This document shows positions 50,001 to 60,006 of a stretch of DNA of 64,000 bases, one piece after another. The notes under the pieces were generated by a model. It saw only the letters and a list, made by a program, of their open reading frames with translations, had not been told where the DNA came from and did not search any database. The position numbers and the translations under genes are program-made. This stretch comes from a bacterium (GTDB lineage Bacteria > SM23-31), in contig OZ252239.1 of assembly GCA_965249485.1 (NCBI GenBank), forward strand, positions 2,912,001 through 2,976,000, in the 5' to 3' direction. Every line of letters starts with the position of its first letter. Position 1 is the stretch's first letter.

Positions 50001-51622
50001 TTAGATTGCTTTAGATCTGCCTTTTTGTAATTTGAGAGCAAGCTTTACTTCTTCTTCACCGACATTGAGTTTTTCGGCAATTTCAGAATGATTGCCCTGA
50101 CCTCCGGCACTATCAAAAGTGTCCGATATCCGGTCAAAGAATGTGTTCTGCTCCCTTGTACTACTCGTGTTTTTGGCCAAACCAAGAACCATATTTACCT
50201 CTTCCACACCCATTGACAGCACTGTGGCTATTTCCCATGATTCCCAGTTTTGTCCCGACAAATCCCTTACTGCATCATACTTATCACCAGAAGATTTTTG
50301 CAGAATATTATGAGAGCGGAATTTCTTAGTTAAATTTACCGTCTCAGAATCATATCCTGATTTACCAAAATTACTCATTACAGATTCAATTTTCTGTGAA
50401 TGTTCACTTTCAGCCGGTTGAGGTGCGCGCCTCTTAAACTCGCCCTTTTGTTTGTGTATACCATCATCTGTTTGTGAGTAGAGGTGCGCAAGCTTTCGTG
50501 CAAACTGTCGGACATCTTGAATATGTTTATTACTTACAATTTTCTGATCATCTTTACTTTCGGAATGTGGATTTGACTTATTTAATTTCCGGGATTTTTT
50601 TCCGGCAATGCTCTTCTTATTTGTTTTAATGTGCATCTTCATCAATTTCCTGGCAAGCATGATAACCACCAACGCTAATGCACCGACAATGGTATAAAGA
50701 CCTGCAAGAACTGCGATTTCTGTACCGCTTTTTCTAAGCAGTGCCTGGAATCCAATTATACCTTCTTGATTTCTATTTGGGAGTGGTATTTTCACTTACT
50801 TCATTTTCAACAATAGCATCAGGAGATGGTGCTAATAATACTCTGCATTTTATTATCCGTATCTATGAGATCAGTAGCATCTGATGATTCCAATTCGTCT
50901 GATTTCACAATCATGGATCGCTGCGAATCTTCTATAACGTTACGGCCTTTATCATCTGCATTATTCACCAACAATGCTGATTCATCTTCCTCAGTCTTAT
51001 ACTCTCCTGTTGTATAAGTGCGCACGATATCCGGGAGCTCTGATTGAGAGGAAATTTCTTGACTTACTCGTTCCTCTAGAAGAAATATACCATACAGTAT
51101 TTCACTGTTATTCGAATCAATTTCGCGTGCTTTTTGTAACTGATTCAGGGCTTTCCTGTTGAGTCCACGTTTTTCATACGCCTTACTTCGCTCAAAAAGT
51201 GTTGCTGTATTTGGTATATCTTTATTTAAATAGACATCAATGAGTATTAACCGTTTATCTGAGTTGGCAATAACATTCGTTTTAAAATCACTGTTTGTTT
51301 TGATGGTAAGAGTATAGCCATCACCTGTGTACGTGGAAAATGCATTTTTTATTATATAATCGTGTGCATGAGAAAGATCAAAATCACGATCACGTAAATT
51401 TTCCGAACCCGGTATGACAACAGTAATAGTCCTGTCTTCCCAATCTTCAAATATTTCAAATGAACTAACTTGTTCGGTAGTGATTTGAAACCGGGATTTT
51501 TCTCCCGTAAATTTATACCTGATATCATTAATTTCATCACCCGCAAATATATCGGCGACCATAAGACCAACCAGTAGAAGTTCAAGTACCATTATAAGAA
51601 TATATTTACCTAACTCTCTCAT
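50001..51622 (-). CDS. Bitopic membrane protein (periplasmic AMIN-like + TPR, TM helix, cytoplasmic tandem HTH-like repeats); probably one gene broken near 50770-50850
   Basis: Signal peptide; INDIRY…SRFQI…KRLILIDVY (AMIN-like); single TPR; bridging frame LLAPSPDAIVENEVSENTTP; TM AVLAGLYTIVGALALVVIML; repeats EIATVLSMGVEEVNMVL and EIAEKLNVGEEEVKLAL. Confidence 0.55.
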
Positions 51623-51697
51623 TGTATGTTCCTTATTTAGAATAATGAATTCATAACTAATGAATTATATCCTATATTCTATACACCATGTGTAATA

Positions 51698-52141
51698 TTA
51701 AAGTCCAATTTTCCTAATAGCCTTAGCGCCTTTTTCAGCAAAGGCTGCAAATTTTGTTAAGTCCCTATTTGTAAAATCTTCTTTCCGTTTCATCGTTGAA
51801 AGAGCATACATACCTATTTTATCATTACTCAATTGCAGCGGAATCAGCACGATATTCTTCTCTTTTTCAGATTCACTTGTCTCTCTCACTAATTCATAAT
51901 CATCTATCACGACCGGTCTATTTTCTTCTATGACCCAGTCGATAATTCCTTCTTCAATATAAACTTTTATTTTACTCGCTAAGAAATGGTCCTCATTTGT
52001 ACTAAACGATTTCATTCGATTTTCAGGAATTTCAAACACAAACATTTCACTTTCTTCTACAAGGACAATCTTTCCCGCAAACTCTCTGAGCATGGAAAGA
52101 ATTTCCTCTCTTTTACAGGCGTCCTTACTGTCCTTAACCAT
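51698..52141 (-). CDS. Stand-alone GAF-like domain protein
   Basis: EEGIIDWVIEENRPVVIDD, IVLIPLQLSNDKIGMYAL, FTNRDL…FAEKGAKAI. Confidence 0.7.
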   Translation of the reverse strand: MVKDSKDACKREEILSMLREFAGKIVLVEESEMFVFEIPENRMKSFSTNEDHFLASKIKVYIEEGIIDWVIEENRPVVIDDYELVRETSESEKEKNIVLIPLQLSNDKIGMYALSTMKRKEDFTNRDLTKFAAFAEKGAKAIRKIGL

Positions 52142-52206
52142 AGCTTAGATTGTGCGTGGTTCATAAAGAAAAAGGCACATATTTTACAATTCATACTACT
52201 ACTGTA

Positions 52207-52221
52207 GCAAAATGATTGCCA
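52207..52221 (-). promoter_or_regulatory. Putative sigma54 promoter of the GAF/membrane protein/FlhX/NHL operon
   Basis: Minus strand TGGCAA-TCATT-TTGC, about 65 nt upstream of ATG 52141. Confidence 0.7.
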
Positions 52222-52405
52222 GAATACGGAATTTGGGCAATTTTCTTTTTTCGGCAGATTGGAATGAATACTTTAATTTTAAATCGGAGTATATTTGGAA
52301 GGTAAAAACAATACCTAATAAAAGGAGTGAAATGTTATGGTAATATATGAGTTTGAAATAAAATCATACGTCAACTTTATATTTGATTTAAGAATGGTGC
52401 TAATA

Positions 52406-53326
52406 TTATTCAACGTATGTGCGTTCAGTAACATGTTTCCCCTGTATTAAACTAATAAATGTTTCCGCTTTTTCGAGCTCATCATCAATCAGTGCTGCAT
52501 AATATCCAAAATCAATTTCCTCATCTATCATCCGTACATCCAAGAGCTGCATTGTTGTTTCACTCAATTCCGGAATAATTGAATCACCGGAATATCCTAT
52601 TTCTCTCCATTTACAGAGGAAATCTGCAAACTGAATTGTGGCAGCAAACTGAGCATGTTCAGGTGCATTTTCCGGATCGTGATGGTATTTGATCATTTCA
52701 ACTAATTGCGCCGGTAGATTCCACTTTTCCACCAGCCAGCTCCCAATGACAGCATGATTAGTGCCAAGGACAGCTTGTTCAGCCTGATGAAATCTTTCAC
52801 CTTCCTTTTCAATGCGTTCATTGATTTCTACAAGCTCTTTCGGAAAATATTGATTCAGGATTAGTTTGCCGATATCGTGCATAAGACCAGCTACAAAAAT
52901 CTCTCCAGTTAAACGAATCCGCATCTGGCGTGCCAAAAGTTTCGCCAAAACACCGCATGCAATGGAGTGTTCCCAAAATCGTCCCATATCGAATAATGAT
53001 TCATTGTTATGTCGTTTAAACCTGTCGATTATGGATACGCTGAGACCGAGATCCTTGATTGTGTCAAATCCCAATACAACAATTGATAAATTAACGGTAC
53101 CGATTCTTCTGGGAAAACCATAGAATGCTGAATTTGCAAGTTTCAGAATCTTTGCAGTTAATACTTGGTCAGTTGAGATAAGCTTGGTAAGTTGTGATGC
53201 TGAAGTGCGGGGATCATCAATAAGTTCGATCATTTTAGCAATGATCGTAGGAAGTGCCGGCAGGCTAAGAACATTTTGCGCAATGCGCTTTATTCTTTCG
53301 TTCTGTTGCTTATTATTCACAGTCAC
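52406..53326 (-). CDS. HDOD domain protein
   Basis: LPALP, DQVLTAKILKLANSAFYG, FWEHSIACG, AGLMHDIGKL, HAVIG…WNLP…YHHDP. Confidence 0.9.
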   Translation of the reverse strand: MTVNNKQQNERIKRIAQNVLSLPALPTIIAKMIELIDDPRTSASQLTKLISTDQVLTAKILKLANSAFYGFPRRIGTVNLSIVVLGFDTIKDLGLSVSIIDRFKRHNNESLFDMGRFWEHSIACGVLAKLLARQMRIRLTGEIFVAGLMHDIGKLILNQYFPKELVEINERIEKEGERFHQAEQAVLGTNHAVIGSWLVEKWNLPAQLVEMIKYHHDPENAPEHAQFAATIQFADFLCKWREIGYSGDSIIPELSETTMQLLDVRMIDEEIDFGYYAALIDDELEKAETFISLIQGKHVTERTYVE

Positions 53327-53358
53327 TTTTCTAAATCAAGTAATCAATACACCAAAGC

Positions 53359-53625
53359 CTATATTCGAATATCAATATGATTTGAGTTACTGCTTATAAT
53401 AGTCTGAGCCTTCACTACATTACCTTCCGGAGATTCGGCTTGATCCTGTTTCTTTTTTTTCCTTTTGCGAGCTTTTTCTTCCTGTTCTTTTGTAACATGA
53501 AGTTGCGGTCCTTCCGACTCAGGATTCTGCTGCGTTTCCTTTAATTTTTGATCAGCAGTCTGTTGTTGAACCGTCACCGCCTGACGGGTCTGAGTATGTA
53601 CAGTTTGAAAATCTATATTACGCAT
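53359..53625 (-). CDS. Small Q/K-rich hypothetical protein downstream of fliA
   Basis: ORF with GGGGA RBS; low complexity; ends SNHIDIRI. Confidence 0.6.
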   Translation of the reverse strand: MRNIDFQTVHTQTRQAVTVQQQTADQKLKETQQNPESEGPQLHVTKEQEEKARKRKKKKQDQAESPEGNVVKAQTIISSNSNHIDIRI

Positions 53626-53767
53626 AAATCCCCGTAATGATTTCTAACCGCGCTCGCCCATTATAATTCTAAGATTAGATAGTATATGTTTTAAATCGTC
53701 TGTTTTCTTTTATGACTGAAATTATAAGTAGAGTTTAGATTGTATATAGCGCATTTCTTGAGAATAT

Positions 53768-54529
53768 TTACCCTTTTATTGCTGCATTTAACTTTCCGCG
53801 CAGACTTAAGATTGTCTTCGTATGAATTTGAGAAATACGAGACTCAGATAATTGCACCACCTGCCCTATTTCTTTAAGCGTCAGTTCTTCGTGGTAGTAA
53901 AGCGCAATCACCAGACGTTCTGTTTCTGGCAAGTCGTCGATAGACTGAATGATCATCTCTTTCAGTTCTTCTCTGTTCAATGCCTCATCAGGCTCCTCTT
54001 CATCTTTACCTTCAATCACCTCATGCAGTTCACCTTTGCCACCTTCTTCGTTATAGATAACACTGTCAAGTGACATGAGTGAAACTGTATTCACTTCCTT
54101 TAAAAGGTTGAAGTAATCTTCTATTGAAACATTTAAGCGCTTTGCTATTTCTTCGTCGGTAGCAGGGCCACCTTTTTCGTTTTCAATTTCATTAATGACT
54201 TTTTCTAATTCCCGTGATTTGCTCCGAATAGATCGGGGAACCCAGTCCAGTTTTCGTAACTCATCAAGCATAGATCCTTTTATCTTCGGGATTGCGTAAC
54301 TTTCGAACTTTACACCATATTTCGGATCGAACCTGTCGATAGCGTCAATAAGTCCCATAATTCCGGCACTCTCAAGATCATTTACTTCAACAGAAGGCGG
54401 CAGTGAGATCATCGTGCGTCCGGCAACAAACTTTACCAAGTTTGCATATTGCAAGATAATCTGCTCTTTGATTTTCGGATCACTGGACTTTTTATATTGT
54501 GTCCATAATGTCTTTGTCGGGAGACTCAT
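53768..54529 (-). CDS. fliA: Flagellar sigma factor sigma28
   Basis: DLESAGIMGLIDAIDRFDP, GSMLDELRKLDWVPRS, LYYHEELTLKEIG…SESRISQIH. Confidence 0.97.
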   Translation of the reverse strand: MSLPTKTLWTQYKKSSDPKIKEQIILQYANLVKFVAGRTMISLPPSVEVNDLESAGIMGLIDAIDRFDPKYGVKFESYAIPKIKGSMLDELRKLDWVPRSIRSKSRELEKVINEIENEKGGPATDEEIAKRLNVSIEDYFNLLKEVNTVSLMSLDSVIYNEEGGKGELHEVIEGKDEEEPDEALNREELKEMIIQSIDDLPETERLVIALYYHEELTLKEIGQVVQLSESRISQIHTKTILSLRGKLNAAIKG

Positions 54530-54547
54530 CGTAAAATCCCTTTTACC

Positions 54548-54769
54548 TTATTCCTCGGTCTCATCATTGTATTCTTCTTCCGCTTCCGCCCTCAATTCTT
54601 CGGTTGTTTTAATAATCACCACAGCCATTAATACAAGAACTGCTTCAACCACTAGAAATCCAATAAACGACCGAAACACAATTGTGAATACGGGCATTTC
54701 TCGAATTGCACCCACAAGGAACGTAAATGTAAACATTAAAATACCAAGTTTCAATATCAGAATCTTCAT
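54548..54769 (-). CDS. Small two-TM hypothetical protein between flhG and fliA
   Basis: Two hydrophobic helices and an acidic tail; tightly packed in the operon. Confidence 0.65.
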   Translation of the reverse strand: MKILILKLGILMFTFTFLVGAIREMPVFTIVFRSFIGFLVVEAVLVLMAVVIIKTTEELRAEAEEEYNDETEE

Positions 54770-54788
54770 CCGCTAATCCAAGTAAAAT

Positions 54789-55688
54789 TTATTGGAAGAT
54801 CGAAAATTTCGCCAGTCGTTTAAAGAACGATCCATTAGGCTCCACCATCTTTAAATTGCTTTGTAACACAATTCGTTCCGCTATAGTATTAATACATAGA
54901 GATGCAGGACTATTTGGAAATTGTGACACAAACGGTTTTTGCATGATCGTTGCCCGGGGAATCATTTTATCTTGTATTACATATCCCATAAAAAACAGTT
55001 TTACTTGTAGAAAACGCTCTGCTACAAGTTTTATTTTCAAAAACAAATCTTTTGCCTGTTCATAGTCTTTTACCATATTAAACAGCACATAGACACGGCC
55101 TGTATTTTGGCTGAGTGTAAGCAACTTAATCATCGCATATGCATCTGCTATCGATGTCGGCTCCGGCGTAGCTATGACAATCGCATGCGAAGCATACATG
55201 ACGAAATCCAATACATTTTTATGAATTCCAGCCGGCGTATCGACAATAATATAATCATAGTTATACTCAATATTTTCGAGCTGTCGCAGGATTCGAGTTT
55301 GCTTAACAGCAGACAAATCGGACAGTTCTGAAAATCCGGAACCACCTGGAAGTATATGGATATCATTCGGTCCCGAATAAATAACTTCCTTAACCGGGTA
55401 ATCTTTAATGATCGCATCTGCTATTGTTCTCTGTGGTATTTGACCCATGAGAATATCTGCGTTTGCCAGATTGATATCTGCATCTAACAAAAGCACTTTC
55501 CTATCCAGATTTCTCATTGTAATGGCAAGATTGACGGCAATATATGACTTCCCGACGCCACCTTTGCCACTTGTAACGGCATAGACGCACGCACGGGTTT
55601 TTTTCCGGTTATCCGGCAGATATTGCTCCTCTTCATCGGCCTGCAACTCCGTCGCTATTTCTCGTAACCTTGTAGCCTGGTCTAACAT
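54789..55688 (-). CDS. flhG: MinD-like flagellar number regulator FlhG/FleN
   Basis: MLDQATRLR (DQAxxLR), SGKGGVGKS, DADINLAN, TPEPTSIADAYA. Confidence 0.95.
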   Translation of the reverse strand: MLDQATRLREIATELQADEEEQYLPDNRKKTRACVYAVTSGKGGVGKSYIAVNLAITMRNLDRKVLLLDADINLANADILMGQIPQRTIADAIIKDYPVKEVIYSGPNDIHILPGGSGFSELSDLSAVKQTRILRQLENIEYNYDYIIVDTPAGIHKNVLDFVMYASHAIVIATPEPTSIADAYAMIKLLTLSQNTGRVYVLFNMVKDYEQAKDLFLKIKLVAERFLQVKLFFMGYVIQDKMIPRATIMQKPFVSQFPNSPASLCINTIAERIVLQSNLKMVEPNGSFFKRLAKFSIFQ

Positions 55689-56845
55689 TAATTCCCTTTC
55701 CTTCTCACTATCATTCGTGCAAGCTTTTGAACGGTTGCCCGTTCAATATCCTCGGGAACATTTTGACCAGTTGTAATATATGTTACTGGTGTTTTAACTT
55801 TTGCTGCGACGTTCAGTATCATGCCGAGGCTGGTCGTTTCATCAGTTTTTGTTACTATAAGACGATTGAACTTCAATTTTGAAAATCGGTTTGCAGCATC
55901 GATCATATCTTTTAACCGTGTTGTAACGCTAAGTACCAGATGATTCTCATGTGGTCGTGCGCTCGCAACAAATTTTTCCATATCTTTAATTCTTGTGGTA
56001 TCCCGTTGACTTCTCCCGGTTGTATCAATATAGATTACATCCATATCGTTGTAATTCTTTATAGCTGATTTCATATCATCAGGTGTATAGACCACTGAGA
56101 GAGGAATCTCTGCAATATTAGCAAATGTCTTTAATTGGTCAATCGCACCAATCCGGAATGTATCAGCAGAAATTAGTGCTACTCTCTTTTTGTTTAGCAG
56201 TTTCTGGTTCGTTGCAAGTTTAGCGATAGTTGTCGTTCTCCCAACACCGGTCGGTCCGACAAGCATAATAATCCGTGGTCCATTATTCTGAGTTGTACCA
56301 CTACCGTTCACTCTGAGCAAGGCCCCAATTTTATCCAAGGCTATTGAAAGAATCAGGCGCATATTATCATATTGATCACCGGAAATTTCATTATGGATAT
56401 CTTCTACAATAGTTCTTGCAATTTCTTCTTCAACTTCGTTGTCAAGAAGTTGTTTCATGAGAAACTGAAGATTCTTCGGGAGCGCCGGAACATTCTGGTA
56501 TTTCAGGAAATTGCTCACCTGCTCGATATTTGATTTGAGTTCATTTACATCCGTCTGTAGTATAATCATCTGCTGATTATTGGCCGCCGGCTTTTGATAT
56601 TGTACCGAAGGTGTAATTTGCTGTACTACAGACGGTGCCACTTGTCCTTGCTGAGGTGGTAAGATAGGTTTATATCCCTGATCTATTGCCGCCATGACCT
56701 CCACAGATTCTTTACCGTTAAAGTCGAGTAATCCACCCTTTTTCATCGTACTCGATTTCAAAATAACAGCATCCGCCCCAAGTTCTTTCTTAGTAAGTGC
56801 AAGTACCTCTTTTAATGTTGGCGCTACAAATCTTTTAATCCTCAT
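55688..56845 (-). CDS. flhF: SRP-type GTPase FlhF
   Basis: MRIKRF…KELGADAVIL; GPTGVGRTTTIAKLA, DTFRIGA, DTTGRS, TKTDET, GQNVPEDI. Confidence 0.95.
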   Translation of the reverse strand: MRIKRFVAPTLKEVLALTKKELGADAVILKSSTMKKGGLLDFNGKESVEVMAAIDQGYKPILPPQQGQVAPSVVQQITPSVQYQKPAANNQQMIILQTDVNELKSNIEQVSNFLKYQNVPALPKNLQFLMKQLLDNEVEEEIARTIVEDIHNEISGDQYDNMRLILSIALDKIGALLRVNGSGTTQNNGPRIIMLVGPTGVGRTTTIAKLATNQKLLNKKRVALISADTFRIGAIDQLKTFANIAEIPLSVVYTPDDMKSAIKNYNDMDVIYIDTTGRSQRDTTRIKDMEKFVASARPHENHLVLSVTTRLKDMIDAANRFSKLKFNRLIVTKTDETTSLGMILNVAAKVKTPVTYITTGQNVPEDIERATVQKLARMIVRRKGN

Positions 56846-58904
56846 AACTGCTAATACCTCCCTCCGATTCAACCTGAATGGTTGGCGTTAATTCGCTATA
56901 TGACAACACTACCAGCCCCGGTATTATCGGCTCGATCATTGAATGAAAATGCATCCGTATACCGGGTGCTGTCAATATAATTGGTGTAAATCCTTTTGAT
57001 ATCATTTCTTCTACTTTTGCTGCAGTTTTCTGTGTAAGCGTCTGAATCACATCAGGCGGCAGACTGGCTCTGGCACCGGTTTGTGCGGCCTGTTTGATTA
57101 ACTCGTCAATCATCTGCTCATTTCGCGGGTCAAGAGTCATCGCATGGATTTTACCATCGTCTGATTTAAATATTTGCGTTATTGTATTATTGAGTGACTG
57201 CCTGACATATTCAGTTAGAATGGTCACTTCTCTCGTAACCGGAATAAAATCGGCAAGTGTCTCGAGAATGGTAATCATATCCCGCACAGGTGCTCTTTCT
57301 TTCAGCAGACTTTGCAACACTTTTTGCACGGCACCGACACTGAGTTGCGGAATAACCTCTTCCACTACTGCAGGATTATCGGCTTTAAGATTATCAAGTA
57401 GTTGCTTCACATCCTGTCTGCTGATAATATTAGCTGCATTGTTTCGTATAATTTCCATTAGATGCGTTGCTATGACCGCTGATGTTTCTACCACGGTATA
57501 TCCGGCAAGCTCTGCATCTTCTTTTTTGTCTTCCTCGATCCAATAAGCACTCAAGCCAAATGCGGGCTCGGTAGTAGCTGATCCTTCAAGCTCCTGCGTA
57601 GCAGTTCCTGGATTCATTGCAAGATATAGCCCCGGATACACTTCATACTTTGATATTTCAATACCTCTTATTTTGATCACATACTGATTTGTACCGAGCT
57701 GAACATTATCTCGAATGCGGATAGGCGGAACAACAAATCCCATTTCAGCCGCAATCTGTTTTCGCATAGTTTTAATTCGTCCAAGCAGGTCTCCACCTTG
57801 CTTAACATCCACAAGTGGAATCTGCCCATATCCTATTTCAAGTTCTAATGGATCGACCTGCAGATACGATTCGATCTTTTCTTCCGGTTCAGGCGGTGGT
57901 CCCACTAATTCGGCCGCTATCTCAAATTCGACCTGTTTTTCCTGACTATTCATATAGCCCATGAGACCGCACACAGATCCAAGAAGGAAAAACGGAATCA
58001 ATGGCAATCCGGGTGCAATGCCAAACATAAAGAGCGCACCGGAAGCGATAAAAAGCGCTTTTGGCTGTGCCAGAATTTGCTTCTGTACGTCACTTCCGAG
58101 ATTCGACTCAGCTGCTGCGCGGGTTACAACAATACCGGCTGATGTTGAAACAATGAGAGCAGGAATCTGGGATACAAGACCGTCTCCGATTGTCAGCATC
58201 GAATAGGTTTGAATCGAATCGGTAAATGTCATACCTCCTTGAATAATGCCGATAAAAAATCCGGCAAGTAAATTTGTTCCGGTAATAATGATTCCTGCTA
58301 TTGCATCACCACGAACAAACTTTGCTGCACCGTCCATTGCTCCGTGAAACTCCGCTTCTTGTGAAATTTCCTGACGGCGGAGTCGTGCGTCCTCATCCGA
58401 AATTGCGCCGGCATTCAGATCAGCATCGATCGCCATCTGCTTACCGGGCATAGCATCAAGAGTAAATCGTGCAGCTACCTCAGCAATACGGCCGGCACCT
58501 TTCACAATTACAAGAAAGTTAATGATTACTAGTATGATGAAAATTATAAACCCAACTATATAATTTCCTCTTGTTACATAGGTACCAAATGCGGCAATTA
58601 CTTCACCTGCATCTGCCTGACCCAATATTAATCGTGTCGATGCAACATTCAACGCAAGACGGAACAATGTCAAGACAAGGAGAAGACCAGGAAATACGGC
58701 AAATTCAAGCGGCTGCACAATATACAGTGCGACCATTATAACAATGAGTGAAAACGCAATATTGAACGTCAGAAGAATATCGAGAATCCAAGTCGGCAGC
58801 GGAATAATCATGAGCATTAGTATCCCGATAATTGATACCGCGAGGACAACATCACTGTTTTTCGTTAGAGCTGTGTAAATCGGATTTTGTGTTTTTTCGT
58901 CCAT
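56835..58904 (-). CDS. flhA: Flagellar export apparatus protein FlhA
   Basis: FRLALNVASTRLIL, RIAEVAARFTLDAMPGKQMAIDADL, GAMDGAAKFVRGDA, GDGLVSQIP. Confidence 0.98.
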   Translation of the reverse strand: MDEKTQNPIYTALTKNSDVVLAVSIIGILMLMIIPLPTWILDILLTFNIAFSLIVIMVALYIVQPLEFAVFPGLLLVLTLFRLALNVASTRLILGQADAGEVIAAFGTYVTRGNYIVGFIIFIILVIINFLVIVKGAGRIAEVAARFTLDAMPGKQMAIDADLNAGAISDEDARLRRQEISQEAEFHGAMDGAAKFVRGDAIAGIIITGTNLLAGFFIGIIQGGMTFTDSIQTYSMLTIGDGLVSQIPALIVSTSAGIVVTRAAAESNLGSDVQKQILAQPKALFIASGALFMFGIAPGLPLIPFFLLGSVCGLMGYMNSQEKQVEFEIAAELVGPPPEPEEKIESYLQVDPLELEIGYGQIPLVDVKQGGDLLGRIKTMRKQIAAEMGFVVPPIRIRDNVQLGTNQYVIKIRGIEISKYEVYPGLYLAMNPGTATQELEGSATTEPAFGLSAYWIEEDKKEDAELAGYTVVETSAVIATHLMEIIRNNAANIISRQDVKQLLDNLKADNPAVVEEVIPQLSVGAVQKVLQSLLKERAPVRDMITILETLADFIPVTREVTILTEYVRQSLNNTITQIFKSDDGKIHAMTLDPRNEQMIDELIKQAAQTGARASLPPDVIQTLTQKTAAKVEEMISKGFTPIILTAPGIRMHFHSMIEPIIPGLVVLSYSELTPTIQVESEGGISSYED

Positions 58905-58913
58905 ACTTATTGA

Positions 58914-59990
58914 TTATAGTTTTTTATTTTTCAATTTATAAACATATGCCAGTACTTCAGCGACTGCATGGAATAGATTTTCAGGAATAAATTCCCCGAT
59001 TTTCACTGCTTTAAACAGTGCCCACGCAAGCGGTTTATCTTCAACTATCGGGATGTCGTGCTCAATTGCGATGGCTCTTATTTTTTCTGCCACTTTCTTT
59101 CTACCTTTTGCGAGCACTTTCGGAGCTTCCATATCACCCGGTGCATACTTCAGAGCTATTGCTATTTCAACAGGGTTTGTAATGATAACATCCGCTTCCG
59201 GGATTTCTTCCATCATTCTGCGCCGTGCCATTTCACGCTGCACACTTCTAATTCGTGCTTTAACATGCGGATCACCTTCAAGTTGTTTCATCTCTTCTTT
59301 GATTTCCTGTTTTGTCATCCGAATGCTGCCCTCATAATCAAATTTCTGAAACATGAAGTCTAAAACTGCCATCGCAATAAGTGCGATTGCTATTTTCACC
59401 CCCAGAGCAAATGTTTCTCTACTGGCGTAGGCAAATATCTGTAGCGGAGTTTGATCTATAAGAGGAATAAAATCCTGAACATCTCCGCTTATTGAGTAGT
59501 AAGCGATAGAACCGATGATGCCGATTTTTAAAATGTTTTTCACGAGCTCTACGAGCGCTTTACGTGAAAACAAGACACGCTTCATACCGGCGAGTGGGTT
59601 GACTTTAGAAAATTTCGGTGTTAACGGTTCCAGTGTAAAAAGCGGTCCAACCTGTGCATAATTGATCGTCACTCCAATAACCATAATTGTGATGATAAAT
59701 GGAGACGAAACTTTCAGAAATCCGATTGCAGCAATTTGTAAATAGTCCTGCATATTATCGGAATTCAAAGTTACCCAGTCAATGTTTTCAAAGATCACAC
59801 GGCTGTAATGACTCATCAGATTAAACATATACGAGCCGCCAAAATAGAAAAACAGCAAACTTGCCAAAATAATTGCTGTGGTGCTGACTTCAATACTTTT
59901 AGCAACGTTACCCTTTTTGCGGGCTTCTTCCCGCCGTTTTGGAGTTGCACGTTCAGTGCGCTCTTGTTGATTTCCTTCCTGCTCTGCCAT
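58914..59990 (-). CDS. flhB: Flagellar export apparatus switch protein FlhB
   Basis: ERTERATPKRREEARKKGNVAKS, RMTKQEIKEEMKQLEGDP, ADVIITNPVE, APKVLAKG. Confidence 0.97.
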   Translation of the reverse strand: MAEQEGNQQERTERATPKRREEARKKGNVAKSIEVSTTAIILASLLFFYFGGSYMFNLMSHYSRVIFENIDWVTLNSDNMQDYLQIAAIGFLKVSSPFIITIMVIGVTINYAQVGPLFTLEPLTPKFSKVNPLAGMKRVLFSRKALVELVKNILKIGIIGSIAYYSISGDVQDFIPLIDQTPLQIFAYASRETFALGVKIAIALIAMAVLDFMFQKFDYEGSIRMTKQEIKEEMKQLEGDPHVKARIRSVQREMARRRMMEEIPEADVIITNPVEIAIALKYAPGDMEAPKVLAKGRKKVAEKIRAIAIEHDIPIVEDKPLAWALFKAVKIGEFIPENLFHAVAEVLAYVYKLKNKKL

Positions 59991-60006
59991 TGCGTCTGTA
60001 CCTTAC

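Noticed and set aside
57815..57835. FlhA GYGQIPLVD (usually GYGLIPLVD), and similarly Pgi GGSALV (usually GGSALG)
   Set aside because: Each is one base from consensus in a sequence with many apparent errors.
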